IMG/VR virus record: IMGVR_UViG_3300042922_000982
Location: 93,407 to 157,406 of that record
Direction: 5' to 3' (one strand)
DNA length: 64,000 bases
From: a virus
Of this stretch, positions 55,920 to 64,000 are shown piece by piece (the stretch's first letter is position 1; the number at the start of each line of letters is the position of its first letter). Made by a program: the position numbers and the translations under genes. Below the pieces are notes generated by a model that saw nothing but the letters and a program-made list of their open reading frames with translations, was not told where the DNA came from and made no database searches.

Positions 55920-56137
55920 GGGGGCGGATCCTTTCGGTCGGTGGTCGAATGTGACGCGGTGGGCGGCGTTAGGGCGCCTGGAGGCCGGTGGCGTCGGAGT
56001 GGGTCTCGGGCTTCATGGGCGTCGTGACGGCGATTGCTAGTCGCCTGGACTCCCAGCGCGCGTGCCGGTTCAGCACGCCGTAGGTCAGCTTTGCGATCCG
56101 GCGGCGGAGCCACCACCGCCGGATCGCGTGGGCAATC

Positions 56138-56620
56138 TTACTCGGGGTGGGCACTACCGGCCTCCCGAAGCTCCCGGTGCCGCTCTCCGTGGTGCTTTGG
56201 GCAAAGCCACAACACGTCGAGGTGTCGGGTGTAATCGTCGTGATGGGCCTGCACTTTATCCTCTACGCCACAGCGTTCACACGGCTGCTTTACAAGGGCT
56301 CCCGATCGAATCGCCAGCGTCACCGCTTGGTGCGCCGCACGTTTCTCGGGGTGGCTCGCTATCCAGCGAGCCGAGTAATCCCGGTGCGCGACCCTGTACC
56401 GGGGCGCGCGCTGCCGGGCATTCGCCTGGCGCTCAGGGGAGAGCCCCCGCTGGCGGTCGTAAGCCTTTACGCGCTCCAGGTTGTCGGCGCGGTGCTTGTT
56501 CGCGTCGCCCCGCTTGCAGTCCTTGCAAATGCTGAGGTGACCGTCGGCCATCTGCTTGTGGGTGTAGTAGTCGGATAACGGCTTGTCAACCTTGCAACGC
56601 TTACACTGTTTCGACATCAA
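56138..56620 (-). CDS. HNH-type endonuclease-like protein
   Basis: CKRC..CKDC; PCERCG..QAHHDDY..VLWLCPKHH; lower GC than flanks. Confidence 0.7.
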   Translation of the reverse strand: MMSKQCKRCKVDKPLSDYYTHKQMADGHLSICKDCKRGDANKHRADNLERVKAYDRQRGLSPERQANARQRAPRYRVAHRDYSARWIASHPEKRAAHQAVTLAIRSGALVKQPCERCGVEDKVQAHHDDYTRHLDVLWLCPKHHGERHRELREAGSAHPE

Positions 56621-57498
56621 AAAGGAATTTCTTCGTCGAGGTCGGCCACCTGCTTCGAGCCGGTGCCGCCCTTGGGCTCAAGGAACCGGGGGTCGGGGGT
56701 GTAGGCACCCGAGCCCGGCTCGGCGCGGCCTTCCTCGAGGGCCCGCTCGTAGTCACCGTAGCCGTCGTCGGGGATGTCCCAGGCGTCGTTGGCGCTCATG
56801 TCGCCGCCGCCCTGCGAGTTTCCGCCGCCACCCGGCGCGAAGGACCAGTCGAAGGTCTTGACGTAGGTGCGCGGGTACTTCTTGCCGTCGACGTCCTCTT
56901 TTTCGTAGGTTTCGAGCTTGCCGATGATGATCACGCCCTTGCCGCTCTTGAGGTACTCGGCGGCCGACTCGGCGCGCTTGCCGTAGAGCACCACGTCGGT
57001 CCAGACGGCCACCTCGGCGCCCTTGCCGTCGTTGGCGGTCGGATCCCAGCGATCGGTGGCCACCGAGAAGTAGGTCCGGGCGCTGCCGGTCTCGCCGTTG
57101 AACTTGATTTCGACCCGCTTGCCGACGCGGCCGACCAGCCGGACCTCGTTCTCGTTGTCGGCGCCGCCCGCGCGCGGCGTGTTGGCGCGCACCACCAGCA
57201 TCGAGCGGTTGTGCTTCTGGCCGTTGGCGTCTTGCAGGACGTACTTCACCACGTCCAGCTCGCCGTTGACCATGACGCGATCGCCCTCCTTGAGGGCCTG
57301 CGCCTTCATTTGGGCGCTCTCCTTGCCGTAGTAGTACACATACACCGGGTTCTTGACCCACTCGCCGCCCTCGGGGTGGCCGGGATCCTTGCGGAAATCG
57401 GGGCTGTTCACCAGGACGCGGGTCACGGCGCCCCGCGCCTTCGGGGTGCCGACGACCTTGCCGACGAGCGTGACTGAATTGAGGCTGTTACGGCCCAT
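56617..57498 (-). CDS. ssb: single-stranded DNA-binding protein with two OB folds
   Basis: LNSVTLVGKV and NEVRLVGRVG; YLKSGKGVIIIGKL; tail DLDEEIPF. Confidence 0.88.
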   Translation of the reverse strand: MGRNSLNSVTLVGKVVGTPKARGAVTRVLVNSPDFRKDPGHPEGGEWVKNPVYVYYYGKESAQMKAQALKEGDRVMVNGELDVVKYVLQDANGQKHNRSMLVVRANTPRAGGADNENEVRLVGRVGKRVEIKFNGETGSARTYFSVATDRWDPTANDGKGAEVAVWTDVVLYGKRAESAAEYLKSGKGVIIIGKLETYEKEDVDGKKYPRTYVKTFDWSFAPGGGGNSQGGGDMSANDAWDIPDDGYGDYERALEEGRAEPGSGAYTPDPRFLEPKGGTGSKQVADLDEEIPF

Positions 57499-57508
57499 GA
57501 GGGTCTCC

Positions 57509-58432
57509 TTAATCGATCTCGGGGCCCCACGAGCTACGCTCGCGGAGCCGCATGTCGGGGCCGTTGAACGGAACCCGGCGGTAGCTGGGGGGCTGCAAGC
57601 GCGACAGGAACCGGCCGACCATCTCGGCCGACGCCTCCGCGCTGTTTTCGCGGCCGAGCACCGTCAGCAGGTGCTGCTGGATGTAGGCCACGTCAAAGTT
57701 GCTCGTGATGAAGGTCGATCGCTCGGACAAGTAGCGCACGTCCACCAGGCGCATGAACTCGCGCAGGCTGGCGGCGGTGTCTTTTTCGCCGACCAGCTCG
57801 TCGAGGACCAGGATGTCCGCTGCGGCGATCGCATCCAAGATGGCCACCCGGCGCTCGATGTTGCACAGCCGGTCGTAAAGCCCTTTGATCTGGGTCCAGA
57901 CGGCGTAGTAGCCGCGATCCCTGGCCTCGTTCACGATCGCCGCCGTGATCATGGTCTTGGCCGTGCCGCGCTTGCCGTGCAGCAGGGCGCCGTAGCCCTC
58001 GGCGATCGCCACATCCAGGTTGTCCACGTACCAGCGGGCGACCGCCAGGCCCTTCACCGAGCCCACGTAGTCGGCCTCGGGGTCATCCTCGGTGCCCGGC
58101 GCCGGGACCTTCACGTCGGACAGCTTGACGCCCGAGAACTTCTTGGGCACCGGCCAGGCCCCATGCTTGGCCTCAAGCCGTCCCAACGAGGCCAGGCGGG
58201 CCTCCAGGCTGGTCGTGGCGTTGAAGGCGACCACCTGGTGCTCGCAGGCCACCCAGACCCGCGTCGGCTTGCCCGCCAGGTCGATCACCTGGGAGGTAGG
58301 CTCCGAGCCGCACTCCGGGCAATCGGCGGGCTTGGGTAGGTTGATCATCTTCACATCCCTCAACGCGCTCGGATCGGCGCCAGCAGCCTCTTGCAGGACC
58401 GCCTTGGGCAAAATGATGGGGTATTCCGTCAT
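57509..58432 (-). CDS. DnaC/IstB-like ATPase (helicase loader)
   Basis: CPEC finger, GKRGTAKT, LVLDEL, TFITSN, GPDMR. Confidence 0.85.
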   Translation of the reverse strand: MTEYPIILPKAVLQEAAGADPSALRDVKMINLPKPADCPECGSEPTSQVIDLAGKPTRVWVACEHQVVAFNATTSLEARLASLGRLEAKHGAWPVPKKFSGVKLSDVKVPAPGTEDDPEADYVGSVKGLAVARWYVDNLDVAIAEGYGALLHGKRGTAKTMITAAIVNEARDRGYYAVWTQIKGLYDRLCNIERRVAILDAIAAADILVLDELVGEKDTAASLREFMRLVDVRYLSERSTFITSNFDVAYIQQHLLTVLGRENSAEASAEMVGRFLSRLQPPSYRRVPFNGPDMRLRERSSWGPEID

Positions 58433-59658
58433 TACAGGTACTCCGAGAAGCTCGTGGCCCCGGTGGGCTTGGGTTGCATTTCAAGGGCCGCGTCGGCCCC
58501 CACGTACCCCTTGAACACGGCTCCGAAGTAGCTGGCGGGAGCCTGTACCGTTTGCGTCTTGCCGGTGGCCTTGTAGCGGGCCAGGTAGCCCATGGCCTGC
58601 TCGCAGGTGATGCCGAGGTCGAGCACCATCTGGCGCGTTGCGTTGACGGCCCACTCGGGCGGCGTGAGCCCCCAGGGCTTCATCGCGTAGCCACCGATCG
58701 CCACCGTCAGAGCCCCCAGGCCAGCGAGCGGCGCTGGCCGCTCGGCGATCGGCTGCGAATCGGCGACCATCCTCCGGGCCACCCCGATCGGCACATGGGC
58801 CGGAACCTCGTCGAGCGATCCAAACCCCGAAGCGAAAGTCTCATCGCCGCCGCCGCTCACATGCGCGGGCTCGCGCGTGACGACGACGTCGTTCCTACTT
58901 CCTACTTCCTGATTCCTACTTCCTACTTCCTGCCGGATCTTTTTCATGAGTGGCTCACTGATTTCCTCGCTGGACTCAGTGATTTGGTTCGCGGATTCAC
59001 TGATTCGAGCGGCCGGATTCAGTGAGCCGGTAAATTCAGTGAGTCCATCAGTGATGGGGTTCGTGAGCGCGTCCGTGAACGGCTCACTGAAGCCTCCGTG
59101 ATCACTGTGCTGAGGGCTCAGTGATCCCCCGTGAAGCGCCGCATGCAAAAGCCGCTCGTGGCTCACGGAGGGGTGGCACATGTAGAGGGCCGCGAACCGA
59201 TCGATCATCTCCTTGGTCGCCTTCTGATCGCCCTTCCACCCGTGAAGGTCGAGCGCGTCGAGCGTGATGCGCAGGCGATCGATAAACGGCTTCCCCGCCT
59301 GGAACATGGCCCGGCATCCGGGGCAATTCTCGAGGGTCGGGTGCGGCAGCTTGGAGCGGGTCGGCCGGTTCGGCTTCTGGTACTTGTACCAGGTCGGCGA
59401 GTGGTAGTAGCTCGCGTCCTTGTCGGTGTAGACATGGATGCGCCCCAGCTCGACCAGGTGGTTGAAGTAGGGCCGCACGTTGACCTCGTCGTCGTGCGGG
59501 AAGATGAACCCGGCCAGCTCGCGCATGATGGCGCGACCGCGACCGAAGTCGTCGGCGAAGCACCAGGTCCCCTGGAAGAACAGGCGCTCCCAGGGATCGA
59601 GCAGCTTGATCAAGGGATCCGAGAAAAACTCGGAGTGGAGCGTGCGCATGCGAGCCAT
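58432..59658 (-). CDS. phage replication initiator protein
   Basis: MARMRTLHSEFFSD..ADDFGR..WYKYQKPNRP; internal repeats; followed by loader. Confidence 0.8.
   Translation of the reverse strand: MARMRTLHSEFFSDPLIKLLDPWERLFFQGTWCFADDFGRGRAIMRELAGFIFPHDDEVNVRPYFNHLVELGRIHVYTDKDASYYHSPTWYKYQKPNRPTRSKLPHPTLENCPGCRAMFQAGKPFIDRLRITLDALDLHGWKGDQKATKEMIDRFAALYMCHPSVSHERLLHAALHGGSLSPQHSDHGGFSEPFTDALTNPITDGLTEFTGSLNPAARISESANQITESSEEISEPLMKKIRQEVGSRNQEVGSRNDVVVTREPAHVSGGGDETFASGFGSLDEVPAHVPIGVARRMVADSQPIAERPAPLAGLGALTVAIGGYAMKPWGLTPPEWAVNATRQMVLDLGITCEQAMGYLARYKATGKTQTVQAPASYFGAVFKGYVGADAALEMQPKPTGATSFSEYL
58892..59124. repeat. candidate replication origin: TTCCTAC-type heptamer x6 plus eight TCA(C/G)TGA sites
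   Basis: heptamers 58892-58933; sites start at 58955, 58976, 58997, 59019, 59036, 59048, 59084, 59118. Confidence 0.75.
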
Positions 59659-59722
59659 CAGCGGCCCCCTGCGCGGCGCATCGCGCGGTTAACGGTGGAT
59701 ATCACGGCGGTTCTCCTTCGCT

Positions 59723-60148
59723 CTATGCCTGCTCCTGCTGTTGCAGGAAGGCTCGAACGCGAGCATAGGGAACCTTCGCGTGCGTTGATATGTTCCGGAT
59801 CCCACGAATCCCGGCCGCCAAAGCGTCCTGGATGGCCAGGGTCTCCGAATCGCAAGCGTCAAGCGAGGCTGGGGCGACGGCCGTGCCGCCGACCAGCATG
59901 TCGCGCCAGGTGGCGTAGTCCGAGCGCAGCTTGTCGAAGTCGTAACCGGCTTCTTTGAACCCGGCGCGCATGTCCTCCTTGAGGTGCATGGCGCGCCCGC
60001 ACTCGATGTTCATCAGCTCGTGGTACTTCAGCCCCACCGTGGGGGCGAACGCCTCGGCCTTCATGCCCTTCATGAACCGCAGCATCCGGATCGGATTCGG
60101 CCCGGCCGTGTGGCCGTCGTTGGGCGTGATTCGCATGGAATGGGTCAT
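59723..60148 (-). CDS. XRE-family HTH regulator
   Basis: NPIRMLRFMKGMKAEAFAPTVGLKYHELMNIECG. Confidence 0.7.
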   Translation of the reverse strand: MTHSMRITPNDGHTAGPNPIRMLRFMKGMKAEAFAPTVGLKYHELMNIECGRAMHLKEDMRAGFKEAGYDFDKLRSDYATWRDMLVGGTAVAPASLDACDSETLAIQDALAAGIRGIRNISTHAKVPYARVRAFLQQQEQA

Positions 60149-60161
60149 GTATTGCTTCTCA

Positions 60162-60230
60162 GCCCATCTACATGTTATAAATGGGCAAGGTGGAAAAGCC
60201 AGAAGGGCTGCTAACCCATATTTCTGGCTT
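60162..60230. promoter_or_regulatory. AT-richer control region with inverted repeats and copy 2 of AGGTGGAAAAGCCAG
   Basis: GCCCAT..ATGGGC; AAGCCAGAA..TTCTGGCTT. Confidence 0.5.
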
Positions 60231-60441
60231 CTTTCGGTACAGATTTGCCTCTCGCGCTTGGATTAGGGACCAGAGCGAGGGGCATTTCTTTGTCCGTGCG
60301 TGGCGTTAAATTCCGCGCCCCGAGGGCGTTATACGGTGCGGCGTTGCTAAGCGCCCTCCGCACTATCCAAGTTACCACAGCCCCTGCGGATTGCCCAATT
60401 AATTAAGGTTGCGCGACACACGCTTGCTTGCTAAAGGATTG

Positions 60442-60915
60442 TTAAGCCGTTGGCGTAGCATATGGGGCGTCGTACAGGTAGATCGTCACCAGCGCGCCGG
60501 GCTCGTCAGACTCCTTGACGCGCGTAGGCGTGCCGTTCTTGGTCAGCGTTCGATTGGGAAAACCGATTGACCACGCAACGACTTGACAATCATCTTTGTA
60601 GGCCACCCCAATCAGCGCATCCTCAATCTCTTTACCAATGTTTAGAATGTCGGCGCTTGAACCGTAAACTTCCACTTCGAACCCGACGCGGCCCAAATAC
60701 TCGCCGTCCTGCGGAAAGTCGCGCGCCGTCTTGCTTTCGCGGACCGTGGCCTTGTATTCGGTGACAATAGCATCCCGCCATGCCCGGATATTATCGGGCA
60801 TATGTCCGCCATTTCTGCCGCTCTTACGCCGAAGATGCGACAGGACCGCCGTCTCGCGGGAGAAGGCGGCCGGTTTGTACTCGACGCGGAAGGTGTGAGT
60901 GCGCGGTTCGCTCAA
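60442..60915 (-). CDS. RusA-like Holliday junction resolvase
   Basis: ADILNIGKEIEDALIGVAYKDDCQVV. Confidence 0.75.
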   Translation of the reverse strand: MSEPRTHTFRVEYKPAAFSRETAVLSHLRRKSGRNGGHMPDNIRAWRDAIVTEYKATVRESKTARDFPQDGEYLGRVGFEVEVYGSSADILNIGKEIEDALIGVAYKDDCQVVAWSIGFPNRTLTKNGTPTRVKESDEPGALVTIYLYDAPYATPTA

Positions 60916-60945
60916 CGGTGGGGCCTCGACGAAAAAAGGCCCGGA

Positions 60946-61299
60946 CTAGGGGCCGGGCGGGGGGGCGATGTTGCCGGTGGGGGGCTTGGTGATCATCGAG
61001 GCCAGCTGGTGCACCTCGACCTTGGTGGCGTAGCCGGTGGCGAGCGAGAGGTGCAGGCTGTGGAGCGCCTCGGTCAGGTCGCTTTTCAGGCCGTCGAGCT
61101 TGTCGTTGATCGCCTTCAATTCCTTGTCCTTGAAGGCGTCGAACTTGTCTTTGTGCTCTTTAAGCTCGGCCTTCTGCTCCTTCATCTGCTCGCGAAGGCC
61201 GTTGTAGAGGTGGCCCAAAAGCGCGTTGACCAGGGCGAAGGCGGTCAGGATGAACGGGGTGTACGCGGCGAGATCGTTGCCGCCTCCGCCCGCCGCCAT
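60946..61299 (-). CDS. small membrane protein with coiled coil
   Basis: PFILTAFALVNALLG followed by charged helix and YATKVEV. Confidence 0.6.
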   Translation of the reverse strand: MAAGGGGNDLAAYTPFILTAFALVNALLGHLYNGLREQMKEQKAELKEHKDKFDAFKDKELKAINDKLDGLKSDLTEALHSLHLSLATGYATKVEVHQLASMITKPPTGNIAPPPGP

Positions 61300-61670
61300 T
61301 ACAGGCGCCCCTCGACGTAGATCGCGCCCGTGCCGGTCACGGCCTTGAAGTGGACCTCGTCGTAGTACCACGGCAGCTCGATGCGCGTGTTGGCCGGAAT
61401 GAACAACCGGCCCGTGGCGCTCTGGCCGTCGGCCGGGATATCCAGCTCGGCGGCGCTCTTGGCGACCCAGGTGGGGGTCGTGGCGTAGAAGTAGGCCGTG
61501 CGGACCGGCTCCTTGAAGGTCACCGACGCGGCCCCCGCCGCCACCGCGCCCTCGGCGCCGTAGACGTACATGTCGCCGTTGACGCACATATCGAGGCCGA
61601 TCTCGTGCTGGTTGACGAGGCGCCGACCCGCGCTGATGTGCAGATGCCGCGTGACGTAAGTCTTGGCCAT
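61299..61670 (-). CDS. hypothetical beta-rich protein
   Basis: AGGAGG RBS. Confidence 0.65.
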   Translation of the reverse strand: MAKTYVTRHLHISAGRRLVNQHEIGLDMCVNGDMYVYGAEGAVAAGAASVTFKEPVRTAYFYATTPTWVAKSAAELDIPADGQSATGRLFIPANTRIELPWYYDEVHFKAVTGTGAIYVEGRL

Positions 61671-61683
61671 GGGGACGATCCTC

Positions 61684-62406
61684 CTAGAAACGCCAGCCGA
61701 CCCCCGCGAACGGGACGGCCTTCAACGCTGGCAACGCCTGAAACTCCTGGGCTGCGCCCACCTCCAAGTATAGATGGGGGCTCCACTTTGACAGGGCGAT
61801 AGTGCCTGCCGCCCCCGCCATTTGCGTGTTAAGAATTATGGAGGGCCCCACGTCCGCCCGTCCGTACGGCCCGAGCGGGATCGGCACGTAGATCGGCCGG
61901 TAGGACAGGGCGACGTGCCCCTTGAACGTCCCCACGCTCACGCCGAGCGCGCCGGGGCCCGCAGGCTCCGGGCTCGGCGGCGGCGTGGGCGTCACGACGG
62001 TGGCGGTGCCGCCGCCCGAGCTCTCGGTCTCGATCACGATCGTCTCGTAGGGGCCGGTGGCCGGGGGCAGATGGCCCTGCGTGCCGTCCGGGCCGGTCGG
62101 AGTGGGCGCCGGGCCCAGTTGGGCGTTCGGGGTGGGCCCGGCGCCCTGTGGCGCCACGTAGGGGGCGCCGTTGGGCACCGGCCGCGTGATCGTGATCCGG
62201 GTCTTGGCCGTGGCCGCAGCCTCGGCCTTGGCGGCGGGGGCCGGGCTCGCAACCTCGATCGGGAGCTTGGGCAGGGTCAGCACGCCGCCCGGCTTGGGCG
62301 GCGGCGCGGGCCGGGCGAACAGCCCGATCAAGATGCCCACCGCCAGCGCGACGAGCAGCCAGGCCGCCGTCCAGCGGGCCTTCGTGACCTCCTCGGCGGC
62401 CCCCAT
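61684..62406 (-). CDS. membrane-anchored Pro-rich protein with C-terminal beta strands; spanin-like candidate
   Basis: WLLVALAVGILIGLF; ends PFAGVGWRF; directly after endolysin. Confidence 0.55.
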   Translation of the reverse strand: MGAAEEVTKARWTAAWLLVALAVGILIGLFARPAPPPKPGGVLTLPKLPIEVASPAPAAKAEAAATAKTRITITRPVPNGAPYVAPQGAGPTPNAQLGPAPTPTGPDGTQGHLPPATGPYETIVIETESSGGGTATVVTPTPPPSPEPAGPGALGVSVGTFKGHVALSYRPIYVPIPLGPYGRADVGPSIILNTQMAGAAGTIALSKWSPHLYLEVGAAQEFQALPALKAVPFAGVGWRF

Positions 62407-63119
62407 CACAGGATCTCCTCGAACTCGAAGGCGCGCGTGGTGCCGTCCGGCTTCTTCTGGCCCTTCAGCTCGCGGTAGATCACCTGGACGCGGTCGTAGA
62501 GCTTGGGGTAGAACGGCCCGATGTCCCAGCGCGCCTTGGGGTACTCCATGCGCGCGAACAAGGCATGATCCGAGATGGTCGGCACCTGGACGCTCTTGCC
62601 GGTCGGCACCAGCCGCTTCTGGTCGGGCGTCATCTTCAGCTCGGGCACCGTCACCTTGACCGCCGGGTTGATGCCCTTCCACGCGCACAGCTCGGCGATC
62701 AATTGGGCTGCCAGCTCCATCTGCTCGGGCGTGACCGGGTACTTGCCATGGTGCTGCTCGGACGCGCCGCGCATGGCCGCGAAGCTCACGGCGAAGAAGC
62801 CGCTGTTGCGGCCCCACAGGTGCTGGCCCTTGGCCGTGGTCGGCAGGCATTTCACCACGTACGCCTTCTTCGTGACCGGGTTGTAGACGATCTGGAAGTG
62901 GTAGCCGTTGAACGCCTGGGCGTAGGTGCCCGCCGACCAGTGCGGCACCACGCCGATCGCCTTGCCGAGCGGCTCGTGATCCTGGTCGTTGTCGTCGATC
63001 AGCTGGACGGTCATGTCGCCGACCGGGAAGGTCAGATCACCGCGCTTGAACGCGGCCGACGCGTCCGCGTAACGCTTGGGCTCGGCCTTGTCGGCGCCCT
63101 TGGGGGTCTTGGTAGCCAT
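62406..63119 (-). CDS. endolysin, Amidase_2-like N-acetylmuramoyl-L-alanine amidase
   Basis: PHWSAG..YHF..QHLWGRNS..TPEQ..SDH; next to holin. Confidence 0.78.
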   Translation of the reverse strand: MATKTPKGADKAEPKRYADASAAFKRGDLTFPVGDMTVQLIDDNDQDHEPLGKAIGVVPHWSAGTYAQAFNGYHFQIVYNPVTKKAYVVKCLPTTAKGQHLWGRNSGFFAVSFAAMRGASEQHHGKYPVTPEQMELAAQLIAELCAWKGINPAVKVTVPELKMTPDQKRLVPTGKSVQVPTISDHALFARMEYPKARWDIGPFYPKLYDRVQVIYRELKGQKKPDGTTRAFEFEEIL

Positions 63120-63155
63120 GGGGGGGTCTCCTTGCCGCGTGGGCACTTGACGGGA

Positions 63156-63695
63156 CTAGCCGTTGTCGGGAATCGAGGGGGCGGGCTCTGCCGCCGGGGC
63201 GGAATCCGCCGGGGTGGGATCGGCCGCCGAGGCAGGCTCGGCAGCGGGCTGCACGGCGGCCACGGCAGGCTGAAGGGACGCCAGGGTGCTGTTGACGCCG
63301 GTGTTGGGCATGGCCTTCAAGAAGCCGCTCACCTTGTCGAGCCAGTCCGGGGCGGGCTCGCCCATGGCCTGGCAGATGGCCGCCCAGTTGCGCGTGATGC
63401 TGAGCAAGTCCGCGCCCACCACGCCGATCAAGATGGCGCCGCAAATCAGGCTGAAGTCCGAGCTGATGGCCATCAGGCACAGGCACAGGAACACGACCGC
63501 GATGTGCAGGAACACGTCGAGCGGGCCCTTGCGCAAGGCGCCCGGATCCAGTTGCCGGGTGGCGATCGCCTTCACCACCCCGAAGGCGATGTCGGTGCTC
63601 TTGACGCCGAGCAGCCCCCACAGGGGCGGGTAGGTGTGCAAGGTGGCGGCCACGGCGCCTGCGGCGGCCACCAGCGTGTCAACGGTCAGGGGCAC
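63156..63695 (-). CDS. holin (holin-4-like)
   Basis: TDIAFGVVKAIATRQLDPGALRKG plus hydrophobic segments. Confidence 0.7.
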   Translation of the reverse strand: MPLTVDTLVAAAGAVAATLHTYPPLWGLLGVKSTDIAFGVVKAIATRQLDPGALRKGPLDVFLHIAVVFLCLCLMAISSDFSLICGAILIGVVGADLLSITRNWAAICQAMGEPAPDWLDKVSGFLKAMPNTGVNSTLASLQPAVAAVQPAAEPASAADPTPADSAPAAEPAPSIPDNG

Positions 63696-63957
63696 GGTTT
63701 ACCTCCTTGAGCCGCGCCTGCATGGCGGCCCAATCGGCCTCCAGACGGCTTGCGGCGTCGATGATGGGATGCTTGCTTGTGTCCAGACTAGCCAAATTCG
63801 GCGCCCCCAGGTCGGAAAGTGCCTGGAGGATGGCCGCCTGATTAGCCAAAATGGCCACAATCGCGCTCAGGCCGTGCGCGTCGAGAACGGCGCGCTCCAG
63901 CTCGGAACGCTCGGGCACGCGCTCGACGAACCCGTTGGGGTGGATGTATTGCTCCAT
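63679..63957 (-). CDS. hypothetical protein
   Basis: GGAG RBS before MEQYIHP. Confidence 0.55.
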   Translation of the reverse strand: MEQYIHPNGFVERVPERSELERAVLDAHGLSAIVAILANQAAILQALSDLGAPNLASLDTSKHPIIDAASRLEADWAAMQARLKEVNRAPDR

Positions 63958-64000
63958 GGCGGAATCTCCCACAAAAAAGGGCCGGGCCACGCCCTGGGGC

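Noticed and set aside
58892-59124. Repeats as a CRISPR array
   Set aside because: 7-bp units, inside a gene, no cas genes

Overview
64 kb of a large, high-GC (about 68-70% by eye) tailed phage or prophage. Essentially all real genes are on the minus strand; the long plus-strand ORFs are antisense shadows. Reading right to left: lysis cassette (holin, amidase endolysin, possible spanin-like protein); RusA-like resolvase; XRE regulator; replication initiator with an intragenic iteron-type origin, DnaC-like loader and double-OB SSB; ThyX, two tandem D12-class adenine methyltransferases, Tmk and a nucleoside deoxyribosyltransferase-like gene; a long array of small accessory genes rich in Zn fingers; terminase; three paralogous HTH genes; a Twort/SPO1-like portal; a Nudix-MuF fusion; and a block of probable head-packaged proteins. 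The strongest candidate for a new system is 181-15107. Three genes there share an ungapped 25-residue N-terminal motif, and the block carries many [LIM]-x-K-[SAG] motifs resembling prohead-protease sites. The largest gene (~2130 aa) fuses a divergent sigma-70 to a SNF2 helicase and lies just downstream of a ~150-nt tRNA-like RNA with its own -10 box. The cyanobacterial HIP1 palindrome GCGATCGC is strongly over-represented. No capsid, protease, tail or integrase gene and no CRISPR array were recognised. All calls come from reading motifs by eye, with no database search.
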